Notes under the pieces: generated by a model | The model's input: only the letters and a program-made list of their open reading frames with translations | The model's database searches: none | Told to the model about the DNA's origin: nothing | Assembly (NCBI GenBank): GCA_043228905.1 | Contig: JBHGNT010000031.1 | Span: 186,001-250,000, forward strand | Reading direction: 5' to 3' | Length of the DNA stretch: 64,000 nt | Source: Azolla caroliniana | Lineage: Eukaryota; Plantae; Polypodiophyta | Shown: positions 38,699 to 52,229 of the stretch, piece by piece | Layout of the letters: every line of letters begins with the position of its first letter | How positions within the stretch are numbered: position 1 is the first letter of the stretch | Translations under genes and position numbers: made by a program

Positions 38699-41600
38699 TG
38701 TCGAGGTATCCCTCGCGGATGCGTGGAATGAGGCGGGACCTTGGGGGTCCTGTACCGAAGAGCAAGGGAGAAAAGGGGAGGGGAAGAGACCCACAAGGTG
38801 CGAGCGTAGATTCACAGGGACACGGCCCTTCGACACAGAGACGCGAGTGCGACAGCGACACAGAGAGACACGAATGTATGTAGAAATATATATAAACGAG
38901 ACAAACAACAAGCACGAAGTCGGTTACAACCGAACAGGCCAGCGAACAGATGCCGATGCCTGTTCGTAAACGTACAGAAAGGAAGAAGTGGGTTGGAGGT
39001 GCTGCTGGAAGCACTCGGGCATTCCTCAGAGCAGCGCGAGCCTCCCGAAACCTGCACAGAAAGAAGCTATGGAGTTTGGAAGAGAGAGAAGCCTTCGGCC
39101 CACAATCCGACAACACTTCGTCCTCCCTTACTTCGCGACCCCCTCGCCCCTCCTCGTCTCCCTCCTTTTTCTCAGCAAGGAAGGAGCCGTTTCCCCTTTA
39201 CTTCCTACCTACCGAATCTACCAGCCTAGGATCTCCTATGTACAACATAAGGCGCACGTGCATGAAGAGCCGGTTCCTACGCCCCGGTGCACCGATTCCG
39301 CTTGTGGACGGTTTTCTTCACGACATCCGCCCCCACCTAACCGCGCATCCACCGGCATGCGCCAAATTGGGTTGGGACGGAGAAAACCGGTCCAGCCTTT
39401 ATTCCCCGCCCGTCGGTTCTTCGTCGGTTTCGGATCGTTCGTCGTCCCGGTCCAGGTTAACCGGGTCCGGCTCGTCGTCGTGACGCTTCTTGAACGCTTT
39501 GATCCACTTCCCAGCTACCGGTATCGCCATTCTCGTGTCGTCGAGCTCCGCCAGATGGTACGTCCCGTTGTCGTTGGCGCTTTGGACCACGTAAGGCCCG
39601 AACCAGCTTCTTGCGAACTTCCGTGTCGCTCGGTGCTGGTTGTCGAGGCTGCTGTCGTAGACTAGCACCCAGTCGCCTTCCTCGATCTTCTTTGGTCGGA
39701 GCCGGTGCGTCCGGTCGAACCGGGCTTTGTTCCTCATCCTTGCCATCCGAAGCTTTTCCGTAGCTCGCTCTACGTCCTCCGGTCTTCGCTCGAGCTGCCG
39801 TATGCGCGCCGTCAACAGTTCCTCCCAGCTCATCTCGTCTCTCCAGTCCACGGTTGCCCATGAGGAGATCGTACGTTCCATTGGCATGATCGGCTTCTGC
39901 CCAAACATGAGCTCTACCGGCATGAATCCGGTTACCGAACTGTGCGTAGTTCGGTCCGCCCACAATGCGTAAGGCAACAGCTGCGGCCAGTTCCCGACTT
40001 GACCTCCGCATGCCCGAACTAACGCCTTGACGATCGGTCCGTGTCCGCGCTCCACCTTCCCATTCGCCTCCGGATTGTACGCAGTGGTAAGCGAGAGCTT
40101 GACTCCTAGCCGGTCGAACAGCTCCTCGGCCTCTTCGGCGTCCAACTCCCCGCGATCAGCCACGATCTTCCCGACGCACCCGTACCGGCATATCACGTCC
40201 TCGATCAGGAACCGACATACGGCCGCGGTCGTTTTGTTCTGAAGGGCTCGGCCTTCCACCTGGTTCGTCAGATCTTCCCGAGCTAGGACCAGATACCGCA
40301 TCTGTCCTACGCCCATCGGCATCGTCACCAGATCTACCATCCATTTGAAGTGGATAGTCGGAGGGTACGTAGGGTGAAGCTCGTTCCGATGCCGGAATAT
40401 GGAGTGCATCTGACAGCTCTCGCAAGTTGTCACGAACCGATGCACGTCCCGGTACAGTCCCGACCACCAGTACTTCCCCTTTATCTTCTCGAATGTGGCC
40501 CACGTTCCACGGTGTCCGGCACAAGGGCTGTCGTGGTAGCCCGTCAGCAGCTCCTCCTGTTCTTCCTTCATCGCCAGCACCCGGAGCGGGACGCCGTTCC
40601 TCTTCTTCGGGTGCTTCCATAAGTATCCGTCCAGGAGAAAGAATCGGTAAGCTTTCTTCCGGATCCGGTTGGCCTCGTCCTTCGTCCACGACACATCCGG
40701 CGTCATCGTCCTCAAAAATCCACCGATCTGGAACCACTCGCTGTCGTACTTGCTCTCGTCGAAGTCGTTAAGTGCCGGAGTGCTCGTCCCATCGGTCGTC
40801 ACGTACGCTGCCTCGAAGAAGTCCACGCCGACTTCTTCGTCCTCCGAAACCATGCCGCCCTCGTCATCAAACCTCGCCCTCGAAAGCATGTTGGCCATGG
40901 CGTTGTCCTTTCCGGAAATGTGCCGTATTTCCGGGTCCAGGGACTTGATGTACGCTATCCACCTGAGCATCGCCAGGTCCGGTGTCGCGCATCCGGAAAC
41001 CATGCCGAGAATTGGCAGGCAATCTGTCTCGATAATCACTTCTGTCCCGATCAGGTAGTCTTTGTCGGCCTTTACTCCCGAAACGATACCCCAGAGTTCG
41101 CGTTTAACCTGGGCGTACCCTCGCTGTCGCTCACTGAGGACCTTCGCGCCGAATCGGATCGGGAACCGAATGCCGTCCTCGTCTTCTTGGTTGACGACCC
41201 ATCCGATACCGGTCGGACTCGTATCCACCGTTATGTATACCGGGCTACCCTTCTCGTAGACAGCCTTCCGGAGCGCCGGTGCTGCCGCAAGAGCTTCCTT
41301 CAGCTTCCGGACCGACTCCGTGTGCTCGTCTCGCCACTCGAATTTTCTCCCTTTCTTCAGCAACCCGTATAGCGGCTCCGCAACGTGGGCGTAATGCGGG
41401 ATCCATATGTGGTAGAACGCGTATGCCCCCAGGAACCTCCGAACTTCCGTAACCGAGCTACAATCGGTCTTCATCGCGGAGATGGCTTCTACCTTTGCCG
41501 GAGACGGCTTCCGGCCATATGGTCCACATAGGTGTCCGACTACCAGGATTTCCGATTGCCCGAAGGCCGATTTCTCCCCGGAGAAGGTGAGCCTCGCATC

Positions 41601-44600
41601 CTCTAGCCTTTGTAGCACCTTCTCGCAGTCGTCGATGTGTGTCGCCACGAATCGCCGGCATCCGTCCGGCCCGACTGTCTCGTCCTTCTCCTCCACCGGG
41701 CACCCCTTGATCGGGATGTTGTCTAGAAACGGCATGGTGATGTCTGGGATGCAATCCCTCAGTACCTTGTTCATTGCATTCACCATGTGGGCTACCGAGT
41801 TGGTCCCTCCTTCTGGCAGGGTACACATTCGCACTAGGCCGAGGGGGGTTCGCATCGTCGTAATGTCTCTGCTCTCCACGGCTAGCTGGAACTGGTCGTA
41901 CCCCGAGTACAGATCACCGACCGAGTAAATCGACCTTCCGGCGAAGGCCTCTGCGAACTCGTCTATGGTCGGTCCGATTCCTGCGTTCCGAATGGTCACT
42001 CTGTTGACCGGCTGCAGGTCCTGAATGAAGCGCAATGTTCCGTTTTTCTTTGGTACGGTAAACTATCGGTTCGAGTATGGGGCACTCGACGGTTCGAGAA
42101 TGCCCATATCAACTTTTTGCCTCAATAGCTCCATCAACTTCGGGATGTGGGCTCTCGGTACTGGAATCGGCTTGAGATTCCATGGCACATGTGGTACCGT
42201 GAATATCACCATCCGCTCCACAATCATCGGGTCTACTCACCCGATCTTTTCCGGCGAAAACACGAAGGCTTTCCCGTGCCTTCCGAGCATTCTCCGAAAC
42301 CGGTCTTCCTCCGCCGGCAGTAGGAACCCGCCCCCACCGATCTTGAGCTCCCGGAGCGTCCCGTCGGTGAAGGTGTGTCCTATGCAGGCCGGATCTCGTA
42401 AACTGGGGTCCGACGCAACCCCTCTGATTCGGGACTCGCTGCCCTCCGGTAAGGGTGCCGCGACGGGTCTTACCTTCCGGTCCACAGTCTTGTACTTCAT
42501 GCTAACTCGGGCCGTCTGATCCGACCCGAGCCCACGACTGAAGTTCGCGATGACTTTGTACATCTCTTCGGAACATACCGGTATTGTCCGGTCTTCATTA
42601 AGGTCTTCTCCGGCTACCTCCCCCAGCATTCCCAAGGTGTCGTCGAAGGAGACCGCCTCCACGGCTCCGCTGATTTCCTCGTCCGGGCCGAGAACTCCGC
42701 ACGCTCGAAGTCGCACTTCCGCCCTTGTCTTTTCTCGGCCGACGATGCCGACTATCATACACCCTCCATTGTTGGAGAAGCAGAATTTCCTACTTATCGT
42801 ACAGGGTTCCTTCGGTTTCGGTTCTATCGTACAGTCGTGGGGTCTTTCCCGAGTGTCCGGGCTGTCTCGGCCCCACGCCTTGGCAGCCCTCTCTAAAAAT
42901 CCTCCTGGTTCTCGCCACCGAGGGATTCACAGTTTCTCTCGTGGTTCGGCCGCACCGTCAGAAATTGAACCGAATGGCGCCCATCCTGGCTTTTGACCCT
43001 CGCGTAGGCCGAACCGTTGTCCAGCACCTTGGTCTCTATTCGCGCCGCCGTGATGTATGGTTCCCCTAATATGACCGGGTGCGAGGACGTCTCCTGTACG
43101 AAGAAGTGCTGGTCAATCTCGACGTCGCCGATCTTGACTCGCACGTTCGGGCAGGCCCCGTGCAGTTCCTCGGTGGCGCGCGTCGCCGCCCGTATCTTCC
43201 ACCCGTGCTTGGTGTTGATCGGCCACTTTCCCTTCTTATAGAAGTCCATGGACATCAGGTTTATTTCCGAACCGTGGTCCACCAATGCCACCACCGGTTC
43301 CTGAACATCTCTGATCTTTACCGAGGTCTCCGTGGTCGCTCAGGCCCAGTGCGGCCTTGAATAGTGGCTCTCCGGCCACTCATCTTTCAGCGCCATGTCG
43401 TCGGTGTGCATCGTCCGCACCTCCACCGGTCTTTCCGGTTCCGTCTCCGTCGACAGCCTCTTCCGTTTCACCAGGTCCACAATGGAGTCGTGGAACTCCT
43501 TCTTTGCGATCCCTAGCACCTCTCGCAATGACAGCTCCACTTTGCTGTCGAGGATCCGTTCTTCTAGGACCTTTCGTAGGTTCGTAGTCCTTTCTATTTC
43601 CGTCCCCAATCGGTATCCGCCCTTCCTGGGGTTATCTTGTGCGCTGGACCCACCGGCATCGTTTCGTCGTTGCCCGAATCGGGTCTCGTACCGTTGTGAG
43701 GGCCCGGCCGCTCCGGCTTTCCCCACTCGTTTGTCTTCTACCAGAGCCTCGTAGTTCCGGCAGGCGGCTTCTACGAAGCCCGTCTTCTCCTTGACCGGAT
43801 CGCTCCACCCGGTTATTTCCCGGAACCGTCTCTCAGCGCGGTCCGTTTCATCTTTCCCTAGCCGTGCGCCGGCAAGACCTTCCAACATTGCCGACCAGAA
43901 TCCGTCTTTGCCCTCTGTTCGGGCCTCGCTGCCCCCGACCCGAATTCCGGCCGACGCCGAGTAGTGGATGGCCTCTACGTGTCGGGCCGCTGCCTCTTCC
44001 ATCAGTCTCTTCATACCTCCTCGCCCGTCGTTTCGGTTCAGGGCCCTCCTGGTGTCGCCGGCGTGCACCCGGCCTTCCTACAGGTACACCACCCGGTTCC
44101 TCAACGCCTCTGCGAAATCGCCGCAGTCCTTCCGAATGTGGCCGACCTCATCGCACCACATGCACCTGTTCCCCGCTGCCGGCCGTCGGTCACGAGCCGG
44201 TTCGCCGCCTTCCCTTCGAGTCTGGGCGATCTGGAGATCCTTTATCACCCACGTCAACTCCTCCAGCGCTGCTCCTCCGGACGAGCCATTGACCATGCCG
44301 GTCGAAGCCGGACCGGTTTCGAGCCATTCCCGGGTTTCTTCCCTTCGCACTTGCGGTGCCGGTTCAAGCCTCCTTGCTGTGACAGAGCCCGCACCGGCCG
44401 CCCCGTTGTTAGCCCATTCTCGCCGTTTGTCGAAACGGCCACAGACTCTCTTAACCGAGACAAACAACAAGCACAAAGTCGGTTACAACCGAACAGGCCG
44501 GCGAACAGATGCCGATGCCTGTTCGTAAACGTACAGAAAGGAAGAAGTGGGTTGGAGGTGCTGCCGGAAGCACTCGGGCATTCCTCAGAGCAGCGCGAGC

Positions 44601-44884
44601 CTCCCGAAACCTGCACAGAAAGAAGCTATGGAGTTTGGAAGAGAGAGAAGCCTTCGGCCCACAATCCGACAACACTTCGTCCTCCCTTACTTCGCGACCC
44701 CCTCGCCCCTCCTCGTCTCCCTCCTTTTTCTCAACAAGGAAGGAGCCGTTTCCCCTTTACTTCCTACCTACCGAATCTACCAGCCTAGGATCTCCTATGG
44801 ACAACATAAGGCGCACGTGCATGAAGAGCCGGTTCCTACGCCCCGGTGCACCGATTCCGCTTGTGGACGGTTTTCTTCACGACA
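38699..44884 (-). mobile_element. Non-chromoviral (Phygy-like) Ty3/gypsy element; a deletion removed the 5' LTR end, PBS and gag N-terminus
   Basis: 3' LTR at 38699-39325 and partial 5' LTR at about 44456-44884. TSD GCGG at 38695-38698 and 44885-44888. PPT at about 39326-39337. Confidence 0.92.
39399..44455 (-). pseudogene. gag-pol: Gypsy gag-pro-pol: knuckle, protease, RT, RNase H and integrase; 878-aa RT-RH-INT ORF at 39399-42035
   Basis: Motifs CMWCDEVGHIRKDC, ALVDHGSEIN, DLYSGYDQ, PFLDNI (FLDD mutated), VDTSPTGIG, ADRGE, NGKVER and WFGPY. Confidence 0.93.
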
Positions 44885-45022
44885 GCGGCTTGTGCAAAGA
44901 AACGAGGAATTCCCGTAGATAGGTTTCACACTAGCTCATGGACATATTGGGCTAGTTTTGTAAATAGTAGAAAGGGCACTTGCCCTAGCTTAGTCGGTAT
45001 ATAAACCAACACATTGTAACTT

Positions 45023-45875
45023 AGAATAGGGTGGAGATAATCTAAAGGAGATGTGAGAGTAGGACTCTTACTTTCAGCCACATTGGCAGCAATATCCTCA
45101 TTTGTTGTAGTGTCATCAGCACCAGACATATCATGTGCCGTCCTTAATCCACAAGATTCTACAATAACATGGCAGCTATTTAGGATAGCTAATTAGCTAC
45201 TTTACTAAACTATGGTAGAAGCTAGGATAGCTAATTAGCTAGTACGATAGCTAATCAGGATAGCTAATTAGCTAGTACGATAGCTAATTAGGATAGCTAA
45301 TTAGCTAGTACGATAGCTAATTAGCTACTTTACTCAACTATGGTAGTAGCTAGGATAGCTAATTAGCGTAAAGTAGCTAATGGTAGTAGCTAGGATACTA
45401 CTTTACTCAACTATGGTAGTAGCTAGGATAGCTAATTAGCTACTTTACTCAACTATGGTAGTAGCTAGGATAGCTAATTAGCTACTTTACTAACTATGGT
45501 AGTAGCTAGGATAGCTAATTAGCTACTCTCAACTATGGTAGTAGCTAGGATAGCTAATTAGCTACTTTACTCAACTATGGTAGTAGCTAGGATAGCTAAT
45601 TAGCTACAATGATAGCTAATTAGCTACTTTCTCAACTATGTAGTAGCTAGGATAGCTTATTAGCTACTAGGATAGCTTATTAGCTACTTTACACAACTAT
45701 GGCAGTAGCTAATTAGCTAGTAGGATAGCTAATTAGCTTTTTTACACAACTATGGTACTAGCTAATTAGCTAGTACCATAGCTAATTAGCTGCCAATAGC
45801 TAATTAGCTACTAGGATAGCTTATTAGCTACTTTACACAACTATGGCAGTAGCTAATTAGCTACTAGGATAGCTC
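45023..45875. repeat. Displaced copy of the exon/intron junction and palindromic satellite found at about 60061-60900
   Basis: AGAATAGGGTGGAG..CACCAGAC..AAGATTCTACAATAACATGGCAGCTATTTAGG is followed by the TAGCTAATTAGCTA array, colinear with 60061 onward. Confidence 0.92.
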
Positions 45876-48800
45876 TGTCGAATACAAGTGTATAATGGAC
45901 GTATTCACACTATCCCTTTGTATAGCTCAAGTTTGGGCCATTTGTGTAATTAGCATAAATGGTAGTTGCCCTAAGTCGTCACTATATAAAGTGACCTAGT
46001 AACCTTTTTGTAAGGTTGGGTTGTATTATTGTTTCTATTGAATAGAAAGACTCATTGTGTGCCTCTCTCTCTCTCTCTCACTCTCTCTCTCTCTGTCTCT
46101 GTGCACGATCTTGCAGAATGTCATACGTAGGTACTCAGCACAAATCGAATGCTATTTGATCTTCCGCATTGACGACACGGCCTTTGTCCCCAACATCTGG
46201 TATCAGAGCCTGCACAGTATTCGGTCCTTCAACTCGCTGTCGGCCGTCGTCTCAGCTTGCACAACATTCGGTTTCCTGCGTCATTCGAAGAAGAGAGAAG
46301 AAGAAGAAAAAAAAAAACGAGGCTTGCATCTCATCGCGTTAGATCATCTTCGCTTGGAGTAAGCCAGCCGGTTGTACTCTGTTCCTTGTGATCGTAACTG
46401 CTCGAGGTGAAATCCCCTTGCGCAACATTGACACGATCGTGCTCCACTCGGTTAAACGGCATCCGAAGAGGTCATCAAACGCTGCTCGCCGCTCATTGTA
46501 ACCACTCGGTGCAGATCGGTCTCAAGACAACAACCCAAATTCGTGCTTCATCCGGCTGATCGACATTCGGGAGGATCAGTTGGATCCGTCTCTCTCGTCG
46601 CTGCAGTCACCCGAAGCAGAATCGGTCCAGACAATCGGTTTCAATAATCGGTATTTGGCATATATATTCGGAAGCGAACCGGGCTCACTCCGACTCGGCA
46701 ACATTCGGGAAGACCAGTCGGTTCTGTCCCTCAAGTTACCGGAGTCAATTCGAGCAAGTTCAACAATACATATATCCGAAGCCGAACCGACTCGGGTTCA
46801 AATCCGACTAGAACGATATCGGGTGAGCCAACCGGCTGCACTCCAACAAGGTTCATAGTCAACTCCGAACCGAGCTTCGTCAACCGAAACCAAATTTGAT
46901 GGCATCAACATCCGGCTCGTTAGAAATGAGTCTACGAAAGTTCGATGGATCGAACTTCAACTTCTGGAAAGAGCAAATGCAGGACTATCTCATAGTCAAG
47001 GGGCAAATCGATCCCATCGAAAATGAAGAACCTCCAGAAGGATACAAACCAATTGAGTGGCAGAAGCTGGACAGAATCGTCCGCGCCACGATTCGGATGC
47101 ACCTATCGGAATCGGTATACTTTACGGTGCAATCGTGTACGACAGCATTCGAACTGTGGAAAACACTGTCGGACACTTACGAAAAGAAGGTCGCCGCAAC
47201 GAAGATGTTTCTGATCCGGCGCCTCTACAACTTGCGGATGAAAGAATCCGATTCGGTTCAAGCACATCTCAATGAGTACGAAAGCATAAGCTCCCAAATC
47301 TCATCTCAGGGGACGGCAATCGAGGATGAACTTAGAGCAATGATACTCATGAGCAGCCTTCCCTCATCATGGGAAACTTTCGTCACAACCGTGTGCAACG
47401 CGTCAACCACGGCTGTTAAATACTCCGAAGTCACGAGCGCAATCCTGACCGAAGCAGCTCGGAGAAAGTCTTTCGCCAAAGACTCAACAGACGACGCTTA
47501 CGTAGTACAAGGTTCGACAGACCGATCGAACATACGAGGAAGAGATTCCTCACGGCAGCCGAACAATCAGCGAAGACGGAGCCAGTCACGGGATAATCGA
47601 ATCTGCAATTATTGCAAGAAATCCGGACACATCAAAGCCGACTGCCGCGCACTCAAGAACAAGAACGACAAGTCTCAGAAATCAGACAAGAAGAGTGGCC
47701 GGCATGAGGAGATCAATTACGTCAGCTTCTCAGCTGATGTGCTACCAAACGACCCGAATATACTATCAATCGAAAATCCAGTCGGATCAGAAGTTCTGCT
47801 CACGACTGAAGAATCGAGCACATGGCTCTTAGATTCGGGCGCGTCATTTCACGTGACTCCTCATCGATCCCAATTTCGGCAATATACGATCCGTCACTCC
47901 GACTCAGTTCGAGTCGGCAACTCGCAACACTGTGACATCATTGGAATCGGCACAGTAGAGCTCAACCTTGCAGGTGGCTCTACACTTGTACTTCACAATG
48001 TCCGACATGTACCCGAGCTCTCAAGGCCATTGATCTCAGTCGGACAACTAGATGAAGACGGCATTCGTGCCGGTTTTTCTTCGGGAGGGTGGACACTCCA
48101 CAGGGGGAACCTCCTGCTTGCTAGAGGACCCAAGATACACTCACTGTATCTGTTACATGTTACGCTCAGAGAGGGTAACCTGTTTTTGGTGGATATTCCT
48201 GTGTCATCACTATGGCACAGAAGATTAGGACACCTCAGCAAGGCCGGCATTACGCACCTATCTAGAGCCGGATACATCCCTAAACTCTCCTTCTTGGACC
48301 ATCAATTCTGCGAACATTGCCAGTATGGCAAACAAGCAGCCGCATCACACCCGACATCAGCACCAAGAGAAACGAGACCTCTCGATTTAGTTCACTCGGA
48401 CGTCTGTGGCCCAATGCCGCATCAGTCTCTCGGTGGTGCCTCTTACTTCGTCAGTTTTATTGACGATTCGACTCGAAAGGTGTGGGCTTATCCAATTCGC
48501 ACCAAAGATCGTGTCTTCTCGATCTTCTCCGATTGGCTTGCTATGGTAGAAAATCAAACTGACCGAAAACTGAAATGCTTTCGGACCGACAATGGGGGAG
48601 AGTTCAAATCAGAAGAATTCGTCAAATTCTGCCGACAACGCGGCATCCGACGTGAATTTACGGCACCACACAGTCCGGAGCAAAACGGGATTGCAGAACG
48701 CATGAATCGGACAATCCAAGAACGGATAGTTTCCATGCTCCAACACTCCGGACTGTCGGATGGCTTCTGGGCAGAGGCTCTACTCACGGCAGTACACATA

Positions 48801-51449
48801 ATCAATATGTCGCCAAGCAGACCTCTAGGACTTCAAATTCCTCAGGAACTATGGATCGGCAGTAAGCCGAATTACGACAAGCTGAGGATCTTCGGATGCG
48901 AGGCGTACGCCCTTATTCCGAAAGATGATCGCCGAAAACTTGCACCTCGGTCCAGGAAATGCATTTTCCTTGGATATGGATCAGACGGCGAAATGGGATA
49001 CCGACTCTGGGACCCCGAACGCAGACAAATCGTTCGAAGTTCGGACGTTGTGTTCAACGAGTCGGCTATGAATCCATCAGTCGAAAAACCGATCGAAGTC
49101 CGAAGGGTAACATTTTCCGATGTGCCGACCCTTCAAGAAGGCCCCGCTCTTAACACACGGTCAGCTTCACGGGTAGCTGAACCTTACACCACCGACTCGG
49201 ACAACTCTGACTCGGCACAGCAGAATAATTCGCTTTCGGACCATCCGACCTCGATACCCGCTGCGACCAGTCCAATCATACCTCGACGATCCGAGAGACT
49301 GTCGCAACCTCCGGAGAGGTATTCTCCTGGAATTTTCTTCACCGACGCCGGCGAACCGACGTCTTACGAAGAAGCATCGACATCTGTCGATTCAGCCACC
49401 TGGCATCTGGCGATGGAGTCGGAAATGCACTCCATCCGGGCAAACAAGACTTGGGATCTGGTCGAACTACCTAAGAATCGACGTGCTCTTCCTTGCAAGT
49501 GGGTTTATCGACTAAAAGAGACGTCTGATTCGACCACCCCAAAGTACAAGGCCAGATTAGTTGCGAAGGGCTTCCGACAAGAATATGGCGTCGACTTCGA
49601 CGAGATTTTTTCACCAGTGGTGAAAATGACAACCCTTCGTTTTCTACTCGGCGTAGTGGCAGCCGACAACTTGGAGCTGATTCAGCTAGATGTCAAAACA
49701 ACCTTCCTCCATGGTGATCTTAAAGAGGAAATTTATATGGAATAGCCAAAAGGCTTCGTGGCAACTGGCCAAGAACATCTAGTCTGCCGACTCAGGAAGA
49801 GTCTATACGGCCTCAAACAGGCACCGCGACAATGGTACAAGAAGTTCGACGACTTCATCCAATCGATCGGCTTCTCAAAAAGCGATGAGGACCATTGTCT
49901 TTTTACCAACACAACTCAAGATGGATCACCCATCTTCCTCATCATTTACGTGGACGACATGCTAATTTCTGGACGCCACGCGGGCGAACTTGCCGATCTC
50001 ATTCGGCAACTGCGGTTGAAGTTTGCCATGAAGGACCTCGGTCCGGCACGACACATACTTGGCATGAAGATTAGTCGGCATCGCGATAAACGACATCTTT
50101 TTTTGTCTCAGACCAACTATATCGGACGTGTCTTGGAACGCTTCAACATGCAATCAGCCAAATCTGCTTCAACCCCGCTCCCCATGAATCTTCGGCTCTC
50201 TCAGCGAGACTGCCCGACATCCGGTCCGGAGGGGGAAGATATGAAGTCGGTACCGTATGCACCGGCAGTCGGCTCCCTTATGTACCTGATGGTCGCGACA
50301 CGGCCTGATATCTCTCATGCCATAGGAGTCGTTAGCATATTTATGCACAATCCTGGCCGATCGCATTGGAACGCAGTCAAGCATGTGTTCAAATATCTGG
50401 CTGGCACAAAAGATCACGGCATTCTCTTCGGTCCGAACTCAACCTCAGGCGTAGTCGGTTACACCGACTCGGACTTCGCCGGCTGTATAGACAGTCGGAA
50501 ATCAACAACTGGATACTGCTTCAAGTTCGGCAATGGAGCAATTTCGTGGAAGTCGAAACTTCAGGAGTGCACAGCGACCTCAACGACCGAAGCAGAATAT
50601 GTAGCTGCGTCCGACGCTGCAAAAGAAGCTTTGTGGCTCGGCCGGCTGGCGCACACGTTCCGACAAGTCGACCATGACTCGGCCCCAGTTGTCTATAGCG
50701 ACAGTCAAGGTGCTGTTGCCTTGTCGAGAAATCCGGTTCACCACAACGCCTCCAAACATATCGACGTTCGATATCACTTCGTTCGGGACTGCGTCATTTC
50801 AGGGAAAATCGGTCTAGAGAAAATATCCACAACCGACAATGTCGCAGATGGAATGACCAAGTGTCTTTCGGCAGACCGCTTTCGGTCCCTTCGGCATCAG
50901 ATGGGCGTAACGAAAAACCAGTCCGGTTAGAGCCGGACACAGCGCAGGATGGTTTCAGACAACCGACATCAGTTCCCTAATGATCGGCTTCAACTCTTCC
51001 GAGCCGACCAGTCCGGTCTTCTGCCTTCGGACCCTGCCGACTCGAACAAAACTGATATGTCCAAGAACCTAGGTTTATACCTGTAATCTTAGATAACCCA
51101 TGTATACGCCCATTACGGGGGAGTGTCGAATACAAGTGTATAATGGACGTATTCACACTATCCCTTTGTATAGCTCAAGTTTGGGCCATTTGTGTAATTA
51201 GCATAAATGGTAGTTGCCCTAAGTCGTCACTATATAAAGTGACCTAGTAACCTTTTTGTAAGGTTGGGTTGTATTATTGCTTCTATTGAATAGAAAGACT
51301 CATTGTGTGCCTCTCTCTCTCTCTCACACTCTCTCTCTCTCTCTCTCTGTCTCTGTGCACGATCTTGCAGAATGTCATACGTAGGTACTCAGCACGAATC
51401 GAATGCTATTTGATCTTCCGCATTGACGACACGGCCTTTGTCCCCAACA
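45876..51449 (+). mobile_element. Young, full-length Ty1/copia element
   Basis: Nearly identical LTRs at 45876-46195 and 51124-51449. TSD AGCTC. PBS TGGTATCAGAGC at 46198. PPT at 51117-51123. Confidence 0.97.
46896..50930 (+). CDS. gag-pol: Copia gag-pol polyprotein with a single in-frame TAG (49743-49745) in RT
   Basis: ORFs of 949 aa and 390 aa lie in the same frame. Motifs CNYCKKSGHIKADC, WLLDSGAS, VHSDVCGP, IYME*PKGF, IYVDDML and DSDFAG. Confidence 0.93.
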
Positions 51450-51499
51450 AGCTCATACAATTTTTCGATCTCTACCTTAAGAGCTCTCTCTCCCTATGA

Positions 51500-51884
51500 A
51501 TGGGAGTGTGCAAGGATGCACACGAATTAGGCCTTATGTGGACATAAAACATTGTAAATATTCTAGGACTAATAAGTACTAGGAAATATTATTTGGATGG
51601 GTACTTTAATGGCCCACAAAACAAGAGGAATAAGAGTGTGTAGGGAGGAAAACGAGGGAAGAATCTTTGACCAAATTGGTTGCCTTTAACATGATGTAAC
51701 GGCCTCCCTTTGTGCTATAAAAGGGGAGGTTTTGAACTGTGGGGGGATCCATCATTTTGGAGAAGGAACTATTGTCCGTTTGAGATCCGGAGCCATATCG
51801 TTCTCTCTCTGTTTTTCACTCTATACTAATTTAGGTTGTAAGGTGAGGCCTCTGCACATGTGTTCCCGATCGGAGGCTCATCGT

Positions 51885-51950
<66 letters not shown>

Positions 51951-52225
51951 CAAAACGCGAAGCCCTGTTGCCGACTGAGTATGGTTTTATTCCGTTGTTG
52001 TTCAATCCATTTGTTTGTTGTGTTTGATTCTTCTCTGGGTGTTGTGCCTACATTCTCCTTTTAAGTTTTTCCCATTCCCCTTGCGCGGTGTCTGTGTTTC
52101 TGAGCCCGTGCACTCATCATTTGGTATCCAGCCGTTGGTCTGGAACAACATATGCATCAGAGCCCATGTGCTGATTGTTCGGTAGCCGGTGACTAGTCTG
52201 GATCAGTAGTGTGCTGAGCTCGTGT
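51500..52225 (+). mobile_element. Gypsy LTR fragment with (TG)n, related to the LTR at 25374
   Basis: Shares the TGTAACGGCCTCCC..CTATAAAAGGGGAGGTTTTGAACTG motif. Boundaries are approximate. Confidence 0.6.
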
Positions 52226-52229
52226 GTCA

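Noticed and set aside
38640-44922. Many overlapping plus-strand and alternative-frame ORFs
   Set aside because: They are shadow ORFs of GC-rich gypsy pol and LTR sequence, with no recognisable domains.
49743-49745. Programmed stop-codon readthrough
   Set aside because: The TAG replaces the conserved Gln of the RT YMxQP motif, so it is a simple C-to-T mutation.
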